DNA of 64,000 bases from Narcine bancroftii (lineage: Eukaryota). Shown one piece after another: positions 24,517 to 35,884 of the stretch. The stretch spans positions 11,222,001 to 11,286,000 of the forward strand of contig NC_091478.1 of the NCBI RefSeq assembly GCF_036971445.1, written 5' to 3'. Numbering within the stretch: the stretch's first letter is position 1; every line of letters begins with the position of its first letter. The translations under genes and the position numbers were made by a program. The notes beneath the pieces are model-generated. The model worked only from the letters and a program-made list of their open reading frames with translations, was not told the origin of the DNA and did not search any database.

Positions 24517-24881
24517 CAGTAAAAGTCCTAAAATCCAGACTGCTTGGGGATTGGGTCAGTTTGGATTTTCTAGATTCTTGGTTATTTATATTTTATATTT
24601 ATTTATATTTCTAGATTATTCTTTAAAGAGAATAAACAGGTAAACTTTGATAGTTTATTAATAAAACATTTTTTCATATAAAGTACAAAATAAGAAAAAT
24701 AATATTTTTTCTTACATTTCTGTAACTTCCACGTGTTCGCTTGTTGCTGCTGTGCATCTATGGCGCTTATCTTCATGCAAGCACACGCGCAAAGGCCAAG
24801 AGTTTTCAAGAGGTCTGGATTTCAGGCAAGAATTTTTGAGTAGTCCGGATTTCTGGCATCTGGGTTTTTAGACTTTTACTG
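24517..24881. mobile_element. Tc1/mariner-pogo-type MITE
   Basis: TIRs CAGTAAAAGTC...GACTTTTACTG flanked by TA on both sides. Confidence 0.85.
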
Positions 24882-25240
24882 TAAATTCTTTTAACAGTTT
24901 TGAATTTGTAAAATGATCTTCATCACTTAAAGAACCTGGAATGCTCTGGTTGGGTGTTAATCAAGTCAGAAAAATAATATTTGAGAAACAAGAGTGTAGT
25001 TGAAGCATTTGCAATAATTATTAAGTCTAATAGAGGATTTTTGTGCCCAAAAATTATTTTTGTCCAGGTAATAAATGCTGGTTGGTCAGTTTCATGATTT
25101 GGTTTCAGTGCTGGTTTTACCAGTGTGCAGTACCAATATTAGTTTTATAATAATTTCAGAGTTATTGATATCAACAAAAAAAAACATAAAGAACATCAAC
25201 AAAACTGTATCTTAACAAGTATACCTTTTTTCCTCTCCAG

Positions 25241-25309
25241 GAAATAATTGATACATTTGAAATAGCAGATGCTATGATACCACCACTATCCAACCAAGGA
25301 GACCCATGA
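25241..25309 (+). CDS. NSMCE4A: NSMCE4A exon 10, coding end (EIIDTFEIADAMIPPLSNQGDP*)
   Basis: Acceptor CTCCAG|; TGA at 25307-25309. Confidence 0.92.
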   Translation, partial: EIIDTFEIADAMIPPLSNQGDP

Positions 25310-25329
25310 TACGATGTATGTTTTGAAAT

Positions 25330-27320
25330 TTTTTCTTTTTTTTTCTATCCCCTCTCTCTAATCAAGGTTACCGTATCAATTAATTAAAAAAATTAATAAT
25401 GTGGAACCACTGGTGACTCCTGGAGAACAGGCAATGAACCATCAGAACATACAATAATTGTTTATTCTTCCTGTTGTAAAAAAATTTTTTAAATGGACCC
25501 CATAATTTCATAAAATGAAACTTTCTATCCTTAATATTATTATCTAATTTTCTCTAAATTTAAATTGGACATTACATCATATAATCACTCTGTATGAGTA
25601 GGGGGATGAATCATCTTTCCATTTCAATAAATTGCTTGTCTGGGTAACAATGTGGTAAAAGCTAAAATTTTTCTTGAGATGTTGATATAAGTTTATCAGA
25701 ATCGCTAGAAAAAACAAACAAAGCAATTAACAGGCAAGGTTCCAAATTAATCTTAAGAATTGTTGATCAAATTTGGAAAATATCTTTCCAGAATCTCTTA
25801 AGTTTGGGCACTTCCAAAACATGGATCAGAGAAGCTTCAAAAATTTAATATTTCTCACATAATTGATCAATATCTGCATAAAAAAACAAGATAATTTAAG
25901 TTTGGACTTACAAGTTCTGTGTACAACCTTCAATTGTAATAAGCAGCGTCTTGCACAAAATGAGAAATCATTAAGCTGAAAATGTTAAGTTCAATCTCGT
26001 TCCCAATTGCTCTTGATCCCAGCCATGGGAACTGAATTTAAATCCAATAAATTATTATAAATGCATGATGTTAATCAACCATGAAAATATAACCGTAAAT
26101 TTAAAAAATTATCAAGAATATTAGTGATGGAAATTCACAGAAAATCTGAAAGCTTAGACTGAACAAAATGTCTAATTTGTAAATATCTAAAAAAAGTATC
26201 TATTGGAAAGATTAAATTTAGCTGATAATTGTTCAAAAAGATGCAAAATAATCTTGAATAAAGATATCATTAAAACTTTGAATACCTATTTTATGCCATT
26301 TCTTGAAACCTTTGTCCAACAAAGACAGTTGAAAAAGATTGCTCGCTGTTAAGTGGATAACTCTGGCAATTCTAGAGCTAATACATGCATACGAGCGCTG
26401 AGCCCAACCGGTGGTGATGCGTGCATTTATCAGACCAAAACCAATGCGGGCCCGCCCGGCAGCTTTGTGACTTTAGATAACGCAGGGTCGATCGTTCGTC
26501 CCTGGGTTTTCTATAAATAGGACTAGCCAGTGAAAAACCATTAATTCAGAAGAATGTCCTAAATTGAGCCCAAATTCTCAACCTATTTCTAATTAATGGA
26601 TTATATGTTAATTTGGAAAAAGAAAATGGTTAAAAAAATCATTGTATCCATTCCCTAAGGCACTGGTTCACTCTAATTTACAGCAATTGGATATGTTTAA
26701 TCTCCACAGGGGAACACGGCAGGGTTGGTGGTTCAGTCCTTTGCTTTTTGATATAGTATTGGAACCATCAGCTGTGCTTTCCAACAGTGTAGAGAATTTA
26801 ATGGAATAATTAGAGGAGGAATTGAATGTAAAGTATCACTTTATTGGAGATTATTTACTGCTTTTTATTTCAAATCCTGAAATTTTTATACCAAACATGT
26901 TAATTTTGTTTGATAGATTCAGTCATTTCTCAGGTTATAAATTAAATTTACATAAGAGCGAACTTCTACCCTCAAAAGGTACTTTTGCAGGTAATTCCAA
27001 TTTTCCATTTAAGACATTTCCAATATTTAGGAATTTCAATCATGAAGTTATTGAAAGAGAATTTCTGGGTATTACTCCATAATAAACTATCATTAATGGG
27101 TTGGTCACCCTCATCTGATACAATGATGGGATGTATAAATTCAATTAAAATTAATATTTTACCTACATTTTTGTATCTTTTTCAAGCCTTACCATTTTTT
27201 TTCCCAAATCCTTTTTCAGCTCATTGGATTTGGCTATGTCTACTTGTATATGGGCAGGAGGAAAAAAACAAATAAAGCCCATCTTCAAAAGACATTAAAT
27301 GGAGGATTATCACTTGTATG
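25330..27320 (-). mobile_element. Degenerate L1-clade LINE with inverted 5' segment
   Basis: About 25330-26640 on - encodes the ORF2 C-terminus (NPLIRNRLRIWAQFR; CLLQLKVVHR; Cys/His motif). About 26650-27320 on + encodes RT (LHRGTRQG, SPLLFDIVLEP, KVSLY, LYLFQALP, GGLSL). Confidence 0.8.
26340..26503 (+). pseudogene. 18S rRNA fragment (5' domain / V2 region), about 165 bp, diverged
   Basis: GGATAACT.TGG.AATTCTAGAGCTAATACATGC, GATGCGTGCATTTATCAGACCAAAACCAA and GTGACT.TAGATAAC match eukaryotic SSU rRNA conserved blocks. No other rDNA nearby. Confidence 0.92.
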
Positions 27321-27938
27321 TGTAAATCTACAGTAAGAACACTAGTACAGACCTGCTGATGGTTAGATGTAGAACCAGTCCCAGAAAACTGAGATATGGA
27401 GTCCAAAGGGTTAAGACCTCAGCATCTGAAGACTCATTTGTCAGTGGGACAATAGTTAAATGGGTTGTTCAATAATTCTCCATAATTAGACAAAGTGATA
27501 CTAGGTACCTGGATTGTACTGCCAGAGGAAGTAGTAGAAACAGATGAAACAGTAACATTTGAGGCATTTAGATAAATACATGAACAAGTAGGTAATGGAT
27601 ATGGAGCATGTGCAGGCAGAGGGGATTAACTTTAAATCGAGATCATTGTCAATAATAGTGTAGCCATTCTCGACCTCTGTTTTGGCTGTGGCTCCCTCGG
27701 ACTCTGCTCAAAGTTTATGGGCCCCATCCCTGTGAAACAGTCAAGTTTTGGTTTATTCTGTACTTCTATCAACTACATTAAAAAAATTTTTTTACGTGAG
27801 ACGAAAAGAAAACAAAGTTTTTACTTAAATGTGCTGTGGACCCCGTTGAAAATGGCTGAACCATAGGAAGATATTCTAATATTTTATTAAGCCTTTACAT
27901 TGCATTTTTTTTACAAAATGTAATGTTTACTTTTGCAG

Positions 27939-28115
27939 GTACCTTAAGTATTCCACAGAAAATGGAAGATGGAATTTTGCAGAAATTAAGCTATTTTGTA
28001 TATGTGACATGAAGTTTTTCATTTATTACATTTTATTGTATGTTTTATGTATTTTTGTATTATAAATTCATTTTCAGGTTTTTCAGAAATAAATGGTTCA
28101 GAATTGCACATGTAA
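27939..28115 (+). other. NSMCE4A: Probable non-coding terminal (3' UTR) exon of NSMCE4A
   Basis: Acceptor TTTACTTTTGCAG| at 27938, AU-rich sequence and AATAAA at 28088-28093. Candidate upstream donor GAT|GTATGT at 25315/25316. Confidence 0.55.
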
Positions 28116-29639
28116 GATTTTGTTGCTGATCAACACCATTATGATAATTTAGGCACTTGGGGAGCCACATTGGTCAGAATCTTGTCAGGCCAGGTCAGAT
28201 ATTGGACCATCTTCAATGAACATTTTGGCACCTATATTTTGGCACCTCATGTTTGAAAGGCACAGAAAACAGAATGCTGGAAGATCTCAGTGGGCAAAGC
28301 AGCATCTGTGCAGGAAGAAGCCATTTATTGATGTTTCACGTTGAGACCCTGCATTAGGGCAGCACAGAGGAAAGATAGCCAGTGTACACCAGTACAAAGG
28401 AGGGATGGAACTGAGGCTAGGAGGTGAGATGGGATAATGGGCAGATGATCTGAGGTGGGGTAGGAGATGGGAAAGGTGAACAAAATGAGAAGAAAGCTGT
28501 GCGTGTGTGTGTGAACATCACTGGGGATATTAGTTACCTCAAAATGGAAAATCAAATTTTCATTCCATTGGGTTGTAAGCTACCCAAGCTTAATGTGGGA
28601 TGTGATTCTATTTTGTCTTTGGCCTGTCTGTGTCAAAGGAGAAGTATGAGACAGATTTGTGAGGGAGTGCAAAAGAGAATTACAACTACGAACAATACAA
28701 ACCTCGATGGGCTTTGCTGATTGAAAGGTGAAAATAATGTCATCCTTGGGGATCTTAAAAATCTTGCCACCATGGAGTTCTCCGCCCAAGATAACAGTGC
28801 CTGTGCTATGCAGTGTGCCACAATAGGACACAGACTCCAGGGAGCAGCATCCAGTGCAGGACACCAGAAATGCAAAGAACACCTTCCATGGAGAAGCTGA
28901 AGCCTGGGAGATAACCCTCCAGGGAAAATGACCAACGAGGGACCCACACAGGCTGCTGTATTGGAAGTTTGGACCTGGAGCTCAGACTGCCAATGGATTG
29001 AATTGGCTTATGTGCGGCTGCAGAGATCGTGAGAGCTCTGGATATGAATCCACAGGCATTCATTGTCATGAATCCACAGACATTCATTGCCTTTTGCTTC
29101 TCTTATTATTAGGGGTGCCAGGCAATGGTCATGGTGACACTGACTTACAGCAGACAAAAGTTGAAGTATACCATGTATATTCCATTTTTATTTATTACGA
29201 CAATAAAACCTTGAACCTTACAGGAGCAATAGGAAAAGTTTGTTGCCACAATAGATGTGTCAGGTGGACTGGGGCAAATTTGAAATCATGAAAAAGGAAC
29301 TGTAGGAGACAAAAGTATTGGAACAATGCCAGAGAAGGTAGAGTATTGAAGAGGAAGCACAAACCCATAGAAGCAGTGAGGGATTGAACAAACTTGAAAT
29401 GTTGTGGCTGTGGCAATGTCTTAGTTGGGATATTATCCAGGAACAGAACAGTGGAAACCACAGTAGAACTGTGAGAGAGACTCATGTAAGCTCCATCATG
29501 GAGAGGAGGAAAACCTCTTCAAAGTGGGTCTGTCATTAAGAGAATCTGCAGTGGAGCCATGGTAGACAACTGCAATAACAAGTGCAGATCAGCAGTGTGA
29601 TGGAATATTCTTCATTTGCCCGAATGAGTCATGCTCGAA

Positions 29640-30170
29640 TTAGACAGAGGATAGGTGCTCCACAAAACAATCTCCTAGTGTATGTCCAGTCTTTCTGATA
29701 TAGAGGACACAATTTTTGACATGCTCTGTAAGTGATATCACAAGTGATTCTTCACCTTGGAAGGACTGTTTGGGGTCCTGAATGGTGGTGAGGAAGGTGT
29801 GGACACCAGTGTCACAGGGTAGTTACTGAAGGAGCGATTAGCAGGAAGAAGTGAGTGGACAGGAGAGTCACAGAGGGTGCGATCTCTCCAGAAAAGAGAG
29901 GGTACATGTGTCTGGAGGTGGGAAATTATGGAGGATAATGTGTTGCATACAGAGGCTAGTGAGGACAAGGTTGGTTCTAGTGATGGAGGGGGCCAAGGCA
30001 GACACGTGGGTCGTAGAGGGGAACCCACATCTCTTGAAGGACATCTCATGGGTCCTGGAAGACTTCATCCTGGGTGCAGATGTGACAGAGGAATAAAAAG
30101 GAACAGAATCCTTCCGCAGGACAGGGTGTGAAGAAGTGTAGCTGAGCTCAGTGGGAGGTGGTGGGCTTGT
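29640..30170 (-). mobile_element. Penelope-like fragment
   Basis: Reverse complement of the family at 9880-10400 and 33600-34330. Confidence 0.6.
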
Positions 30171-30457
30171 ACAAAATATTTATATTGACCATCTCCTTCC
30201 TTTCCGTGCCTCTATTCAGGTGCTTATGTGCTTTTCTGCCCGTACCTGGACGGTGCCCAGTTGAGGCCTGAAACGTTGGGTTTTTAAAAAAAAACTTTGC
30301 CGCCAATGTCTGTGCCTTTTCACCCCTTGTTTTCAGGCTACGACTCCTTTGGGACTGAAGTTAAGGACCCCCCCCCCCCCCCTCACCGCGAAGCAGTCGT
30401 TTACTTCCATACTTCTCCCGACTGCATTTTTCTTTTAAATCATGATTTGTCTGTTGA

Positions 30458-30720
30458 CCCCTCCCCCCCATCTGTTGTGGGTTCTCCCCCCCATCTGTTG
30501 TGGGTTCTCCCCCCCTCCCCCCCATCTGTTGTGGGTTCACCCCCCCTCCCCCCCATCTGTTGTGGGTTCTCCCCCCCCCATCTGTTGTGGGTTCTCCCCC
30601 CCATCTGTTGTGGGTTCTCCCCCCCATCTGTTGTGGGTTCTCCCCCCCTCCCCCCCATCTGTTGTGGGTTCTCCCCCCCATCTGTTGTGGGTTCACCCCC
30701 CCTCCCCCCCATCTGTTGTG
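30458..30720. repeat. Variable minisatellite, core CCCCCCATCTGTTGTGGGTTC(T/A), about 10 units
   Basis: Directly visible, about 110 bp upstream of the ATE1 exon 1A ATG. Confidence 0.9.
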
Positions 30721-30832
30721 GCCGTCGGGCTGTGCACTCTTTCTGGGCTGGGTGGCGTCGACCTTCCTTCCATGTGACTGGCATCCCCTCCCCCTGTCTG
30801 GCAGGTGACCGGCTGCACACCCTCTCCGCGGA

Positions 30833-30917
30833 ATGCACTCCATCGTGGAGTACAAAGGCCTGAAGTCGGACTATCGCTGCGGCTACTGCAGCCTGGCGAA
30901 CGGAAAGGCGGCCGTGG
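30833..30917 (+). CDS. ATE1: ATE1 alternative first exon 1A (MHSIVEYKGLKSDYRCGYCSLANGKAAVG)
   Basis: Resembles mammalian exon 1A (..VEYKGL....CGYC); donor G|GTAAGT, phase 1, compatible with exon 2. Not in the ORF track. Confidence 0.9.
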
Positions 30918-31154
30918 GTAAGTCCGTGCGCGCTGGGAAGCCCTCGACTTGGTGACCGGGGCTGGCGAGTCGCTGCAGACCCCCCACCCCCGCCGACTCA
31001 GGCTCCCCTCCACTGCTCGCTTCGGGCTCCAGCCGCCGGCCGGCCAAGTGTCATCCGCCTCGCGTTCCCTGCGAAGGCCTCAATGGTCTGAACAGGGCCT
31101 GGGCTCCGCGGGTGGGGCCGACGGGGCCTTTCCGGTGGGCGCGGCCGTCTTTCC

Positions 31155-32204
31155 GCCCCGCCGATTGGTGGGGGCCTGACCCCCCCCCCCGCCGATTGGT
31201 GGGCGCCTGACCCCCCCCCCCGCCGATTGGTGGGCGCCTGACCCCCCCCCCCCCGCCGATTGGTGGGCGCCTGACCCCCCCCCCCGCCGATTGGTGGGCG
31301 CCTGACCTCCCCGCCGATTGGTGGGCGCGGCCGTCTTTCCGCCCCGACGATTGGTGGGCGCCTGACCCCCCCCCGCCGATTGGTGGGCGCCTGACCCCCC
31401 CCCCCCGCCGATTGGTGGGCGCCTGACCCCCCCCCCCCCGCCGATTGGTGGGCGCCTGACCTCCCCGCCGATTGGTGGGCGCCTGACCTCCCCGCCGATT
31501 GGTGGGCGCCTGACCTCCCCGCCGATTGGTGGGCGCCTGACCTCCCCGCCGATTGGTGGGCGCCTGACCTCCCCGCCGATTGGTGGGCGCCTGACCTCCC
31601 CGCCGATTGGTGGACGCCTGACCTCCCCGCCGATTGGTGGGCGCCTGACCTCCCCGCCGATTGGTGGGCGCCTGACCTCCCCGCCGATTGGTGGGCGCCT
31701 GACCTCCCCGCCGATTGGTGGGCGCCTGACCTCCCCGCCGATTGGTGGGCGCCTGACCTCCCCGCCGATTGGTGGGCGCCTGACCTCCCCGCCGATTGGT
31801 GGGCGCCTGACCTCCCCGCCGATTGGTGGGCGCCTGACCTCCCCGCCGATTGGTGGGCGCCTGACCTCCCCGCCGATTGGTGGGCGCCTGACCTCCCCGC
31901 CGATTGGTGGGCGCCTGACCTCCCCGCCGATTGGTGGGCGCCTGACCTCCCCGCCGATTGGTGGGCGCCTGACCTCCCCGCCGATTGGTGGGCGCCTGAC
32001 CTCCCCGCCGATTGGTGGGCGCCTGACCTCCCCGCCGATTGGTGGGCGCCTGACCTCCCCGCCGATTGGTGGGCGCCTGACCTCCCCGCCGATTGGTGGG
32101 CGCCTGACCTCCCCGCCGATTGGTGGGCGCCTGACCTCCCCGCCGATTGGTGGGCGCCTGACCTCCCCGCCGATTGGTGGGCGCCTGACCTCCCCGCCGA
32201 TTGG
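31155..32204. repeat. 27-bp minisatellite (GGTGGGCGCCTGACCTCCCCGCCGATT), about 38 units, between ATE1 exons 1A and 1B
   Basis: About 10 variable units (C-run length differs) followed by about 28 near-identical units. Confidence 0.95.
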
Positions 32205-32261
32205 GCGCGGCCGCCTGGTGGGTGGGCGGGGTCCGCTCGTTCCGCCCCGCTGTGGAGGATC

Positions 32262-32358
32262 ATGGCCGCCAGCGCTGCGACTATCCTGGAGTACTTCCCC
32301 GAGGAGGAAGGGTACATGTGTGGTTACTGCAAGGACACTTCCAGTAACTACTCGAACG
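32262..32358 (+). CDS. ATE1: ATE1 alternative first exon 1B (MAASAATILEYFPEEEGYMCGYCKDTSSNYSNG)
   Basis: Resembles the human ATE1 N-terminus (..DYFPSEDFYRCGYCK...SNG); donor G|GTAAGG, phase 1. Confidence 0.95.
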
Positions 32359-32799
32359 GTAAGGGGAAGGCCGTCAGCGCGGCGATGCGGAGGGGTGCGG
32401 CGAGAGGTGGTCCCCGTTCGGGGGGGCTGGGTCAAGGCCCAGTGAGTTCAGCAAGAGGCCGGGAATGGGCTGCTCCTCGCTCTCACGCTCTTCTGCAGCT
32501 TGGGGTCACCAAGTCTGGCAAAGCTCTGGGGTGCAAGTGTGGATTTGGGGGTTGTTTATTGTATTTATAATAGCCTCATCGAGCTATCATTCAACACAAA
32601 ACGGGCAACGTCAAAGCATCATGCTCAGCTGGTCATTTATACAGCAGTGGAACAGAATCCACCCCCCCAGGACGAGGTAACTGGGAGATGGTACAAAATC
32701 TTTACATTGTCTAGCTCCTTTCCTCCTTCCTCGCACCTCTTTATTCAGACACCTACGTGCTTTTCTGCTTGTACCTTGATGGGGCTCAGTGCGGGCCTG

Positions 32800-35740
32800 A
32801 AACGTTGGTGCGTGGGAAAATGTTGGCAGTCCTCTGAACAAAAAGGTGAAAGGGGGGGGGGGCACCATCCCAAAGGCAGGAGGTGATAGTTGGAGGAGGG
32901 GGGGAGGGCGGAGCAGCAGGCAGGGGGAGGAGGGATGGCGAGGTGAAAAGAGAGGGAAGGGGCAGAGAGCTGAGGGAAAGATGGGGTGGGGGGGGGGTGG
33001 AGGAGAGCAGGTTAGCAGAAACCAGGGAAGTCTGTGTTAATGCCATCTGGGTTGGAGAGTGGCTAGACAGAAAAATCAGTTCTCCAATTTTCAGGTGGTC
33101 TTGATGGGTTAGTACAGAGGCCAAGGATAGATGGGTGAGTGGGATGCAGAACTGAAATGGCTAGCCATTGAGAGGTCCTTGCCACTGGTGCTGACAAAGC
33201 CAAGGTGCTCAGCAAAACATTCTCCCAGTGTCCAATATAGAGAAGGCCACAAAGGGAGTACCGGATGCAGCCAATCGGGTAGATACATAAGTGAAGTGTT
33301 ACTTCACTTGAAAGGCCTGTTTGGGGTCCCAGTCTTCCGTTGAGGTAGGAGGTGTGGGCGCAACCGTGGCATCTCCTGTGGCCACAGGGGAACGTGCCAG
33401 AGGAGGATGATGATTGGTAGGGAGGGTTGAGTGCACAAGAGAGTCACTGAGAAAGCAGTCCCTACAGAAAGCAGAGAGGGGAAGATGTGTCCGGTAGTGA
33501 GATCCTGTCGTAAGTGCCAGAAATACCAAACGATGCGGTGTTAGTTGAGGATAGGTTGATAGAGATTATCTGAAATGTTTGCTTTATTCCACAAACGTGG
33601 CTTCCCCTCTACCACCATCAACTTAGCCCTCACCTGCATCTCCTCCATTTCCTGCTCCTCTGTCCCCAGACACAGGGTTCCCCTTGACCTTACCTACCAT
33701 CCCGCTAGCTTCTGCGTCCAACACATTATCCTCCTGAATTTCCAGCATTTACAACAGGATCTCACTACCAGAGACATCTTTCCCCTCTACCTGGTGTCAG
33801 GTAGAGGAGAAGATGTTTCTCCTACTAGATACTACTATATCCTACCATTAGACAAATTCCCCTCTCCGCCTTCTGCAGGGACTGCTCCCTATGTGTCTCC
33901 CTTGTCCACTCCTCACTATCCACCAATCTGTTGCAGTCACAGGATACAATCCCTGTGATCGCAGGAAATGCTCCACTTGCACCCACACCTTCTCCCTCAC
34001 TACCATTTGGGGCGCCAAATAGTCTTTCGAAGTGAAGCAACATTTCACATGTGAATCTTCATCCAGTGCTCTTGTGGTCTCCTCTGCATCAGAGAGACTG
34101 GACGCAGACTGGGATATCACTTTATTGAGCTCCTTGGCTCTGCCGCAATAACATGGATAACCCAGAGGTCACCCATTTCAATTTTCCATACCATTCCCTT
34201 GCTGACATGTCTATCATGGTATCGTGCACTGCCAGACTGAGACCACCTGCAAATTGGAAGAACAACACCTCATCTTCCGACTGGGCATCCTCCAACCAAA
34301 AGGCATTAATTTTGACTTCTCTAGCTTTTGTTTAACCCCCTCCCCCTTTCTTCCTCCATCGCCTTTTCCTACCTCTTACGTTATTTTACACAGCCACTGT
34401 CTTCCAGGAAATTATTCCAAATTTCCTGGAACACAGTCTGTGTAAAAAGATTAGAACTAGGATAAGGACTCATTTCCATTCTGAAATTTTACCTCCTCAA
34501 TCCATAGTTATTTGCACAGATTGCTTGCAGTCTAAACTGAACTGTGGCGATCTGTAAGCAATAGGAGTCTTTAAATACTGCACTTCAGGTATTCTGTCTA
34601 AAATTGAGATGTGATGCAGATATTTGGAGTTTTAGTTGTTCCTGTGTGAATGGCAACTCCTTGAAGGTAGGGAGACACCAGAAAGGAAAAATCACGCAAG
34701 TTCTATGTTTTAAAAAAAAGTCTCTCCATTCTGTCCCCTTTCGTGTACAAACGTGATAAATTCCCACCTCGATTCTTATCATCCTTTCATTGGTCTGGAT
34801 TCCTCTCCTAGCCAGAGTTGTCTGAATTCTGAAACTCTTGAGTTTTCCTGCTTTTGGCTTATTCTTTGAAAAAGGGCTCAGGCTTGAAATATCAGCAATA
34901 TATCTTTGTCTCCTAAAGATGCTGAAAAGACTGGCTGAGTACCTCCAGCATTTCGGTGTGTTTTTACATTTTTACCTCTCCTCCCCCCTCTGCCTTTCGT
35001 AGGGACTGTTCCCTCTGTGACTCCCACATGCACTCATCCCTCCAGACCCCAACCCCGGCACCTTTCCCTGTTGTCGTAGGAGGTGCCATACTTGTGTCCA
35101 CACCTCCTCACTCAACACAGTCCGGGGCCCCAAATGGGCCTTTCAAGTGAAGAAACACTTCACTTGTGTATCTGCAGGATTGATTTGCTGCAATCAGTTC
35201 TCCCTTTGTGGGCTTCTCTACATCAGGCAGACTGGGAGGCCACTTTCTGAGCATCTAAGCTCTATCAGAACCAGTGAGTGGGACCTCCCAGTGGCCAACC
35301 ATTTCAGTTCTGCAGCCCACTCCCATTCTCACATGTCTGTATGTGGCCTCATGTACTATCCCACCAAGACCACTCTTAAATTGGAGAAACGATACCTGAT
35401 TTTCTGTCTGGGCACTCTCCAGCCAGATGGCATTAACCTTGACTTCTTTGGTTTCTGCTAACCTGCTCTCATTTCCCTCCTCCCATCTTTCCCTTGGTTC
35501 TCTTTTCACCTACCCATCCCTCCTCTCCTTGTTTGCTCCTGTGCCCTCCCTCCACCACCTATATTATCTCCTGCCTTTAGAACCATGTTCATTTTCCCCC
35601 ACACCTCCCATTTTACCTTTTTGTAGATGTTTCAGCAGTTGTCTGAACATTTATCTTTGCTATATAAAGGACACTATTTGACCAGCTGTGTTTCTCCAGC
35701 ATCGTATTTTTACTTCAACCATGGTGTCTGCAGACATTTG
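32800..35740. mobile_element. Cluster of Penelope-like fragments in both orientations
   Basis: About 32800-33560 (-), 33570-34330 (+) and 34860-35740 (+); 'KHFTCVSAGLICC..FSLCGLLYI.QTGR', 'PVANHFS', 'KLEEQHLIFRLG.LQP.GIN.DF'. Confidence 0.7.
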
Positions 35741-35884
35741 TGTTTTATAAAATGGACAATATTGGAAATACTCAAAGGTCAGACTGCACATGTTGGCAGA
35801 GAAACAATTCATGTTTCAGGGATTAAGAATAGTCAAAACAGCTGTTAGAGTTGGTAGGCTTGTAATAGGTTTTAATTGCTAATA

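Larger units (their letters stand above)
10921..25309 (+). other. NSMCE4A: NSMCE4A gene coding span (Nse4/EID-family kleisin of the SMC5/6 complex); 10 coding exons, 1083 nt, 360 aa
   Basis: Exons join in frame with consistent phases. Recognisable motifs: [75 protein letters not shown]. Position upstream of ATE1 on the same strand matches known vertebrate synteny. Confidence 0.97.

Noticed and set aside
26340-26503. Functional rRNA gene
   Set aside because: Only about 165 bp, with substitutions in conserved blocks and no flanking rDNA.
30998-32435. 439 and 451 aa antisense ORFs as a possible Dfa / ATE1-antisense protein
   Set aside because: Length comes from the 27-bp unit (a multiple of 3, stop-free on -); no recognisable non-repeat homology. 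Antisense transcription itself is not excluded.
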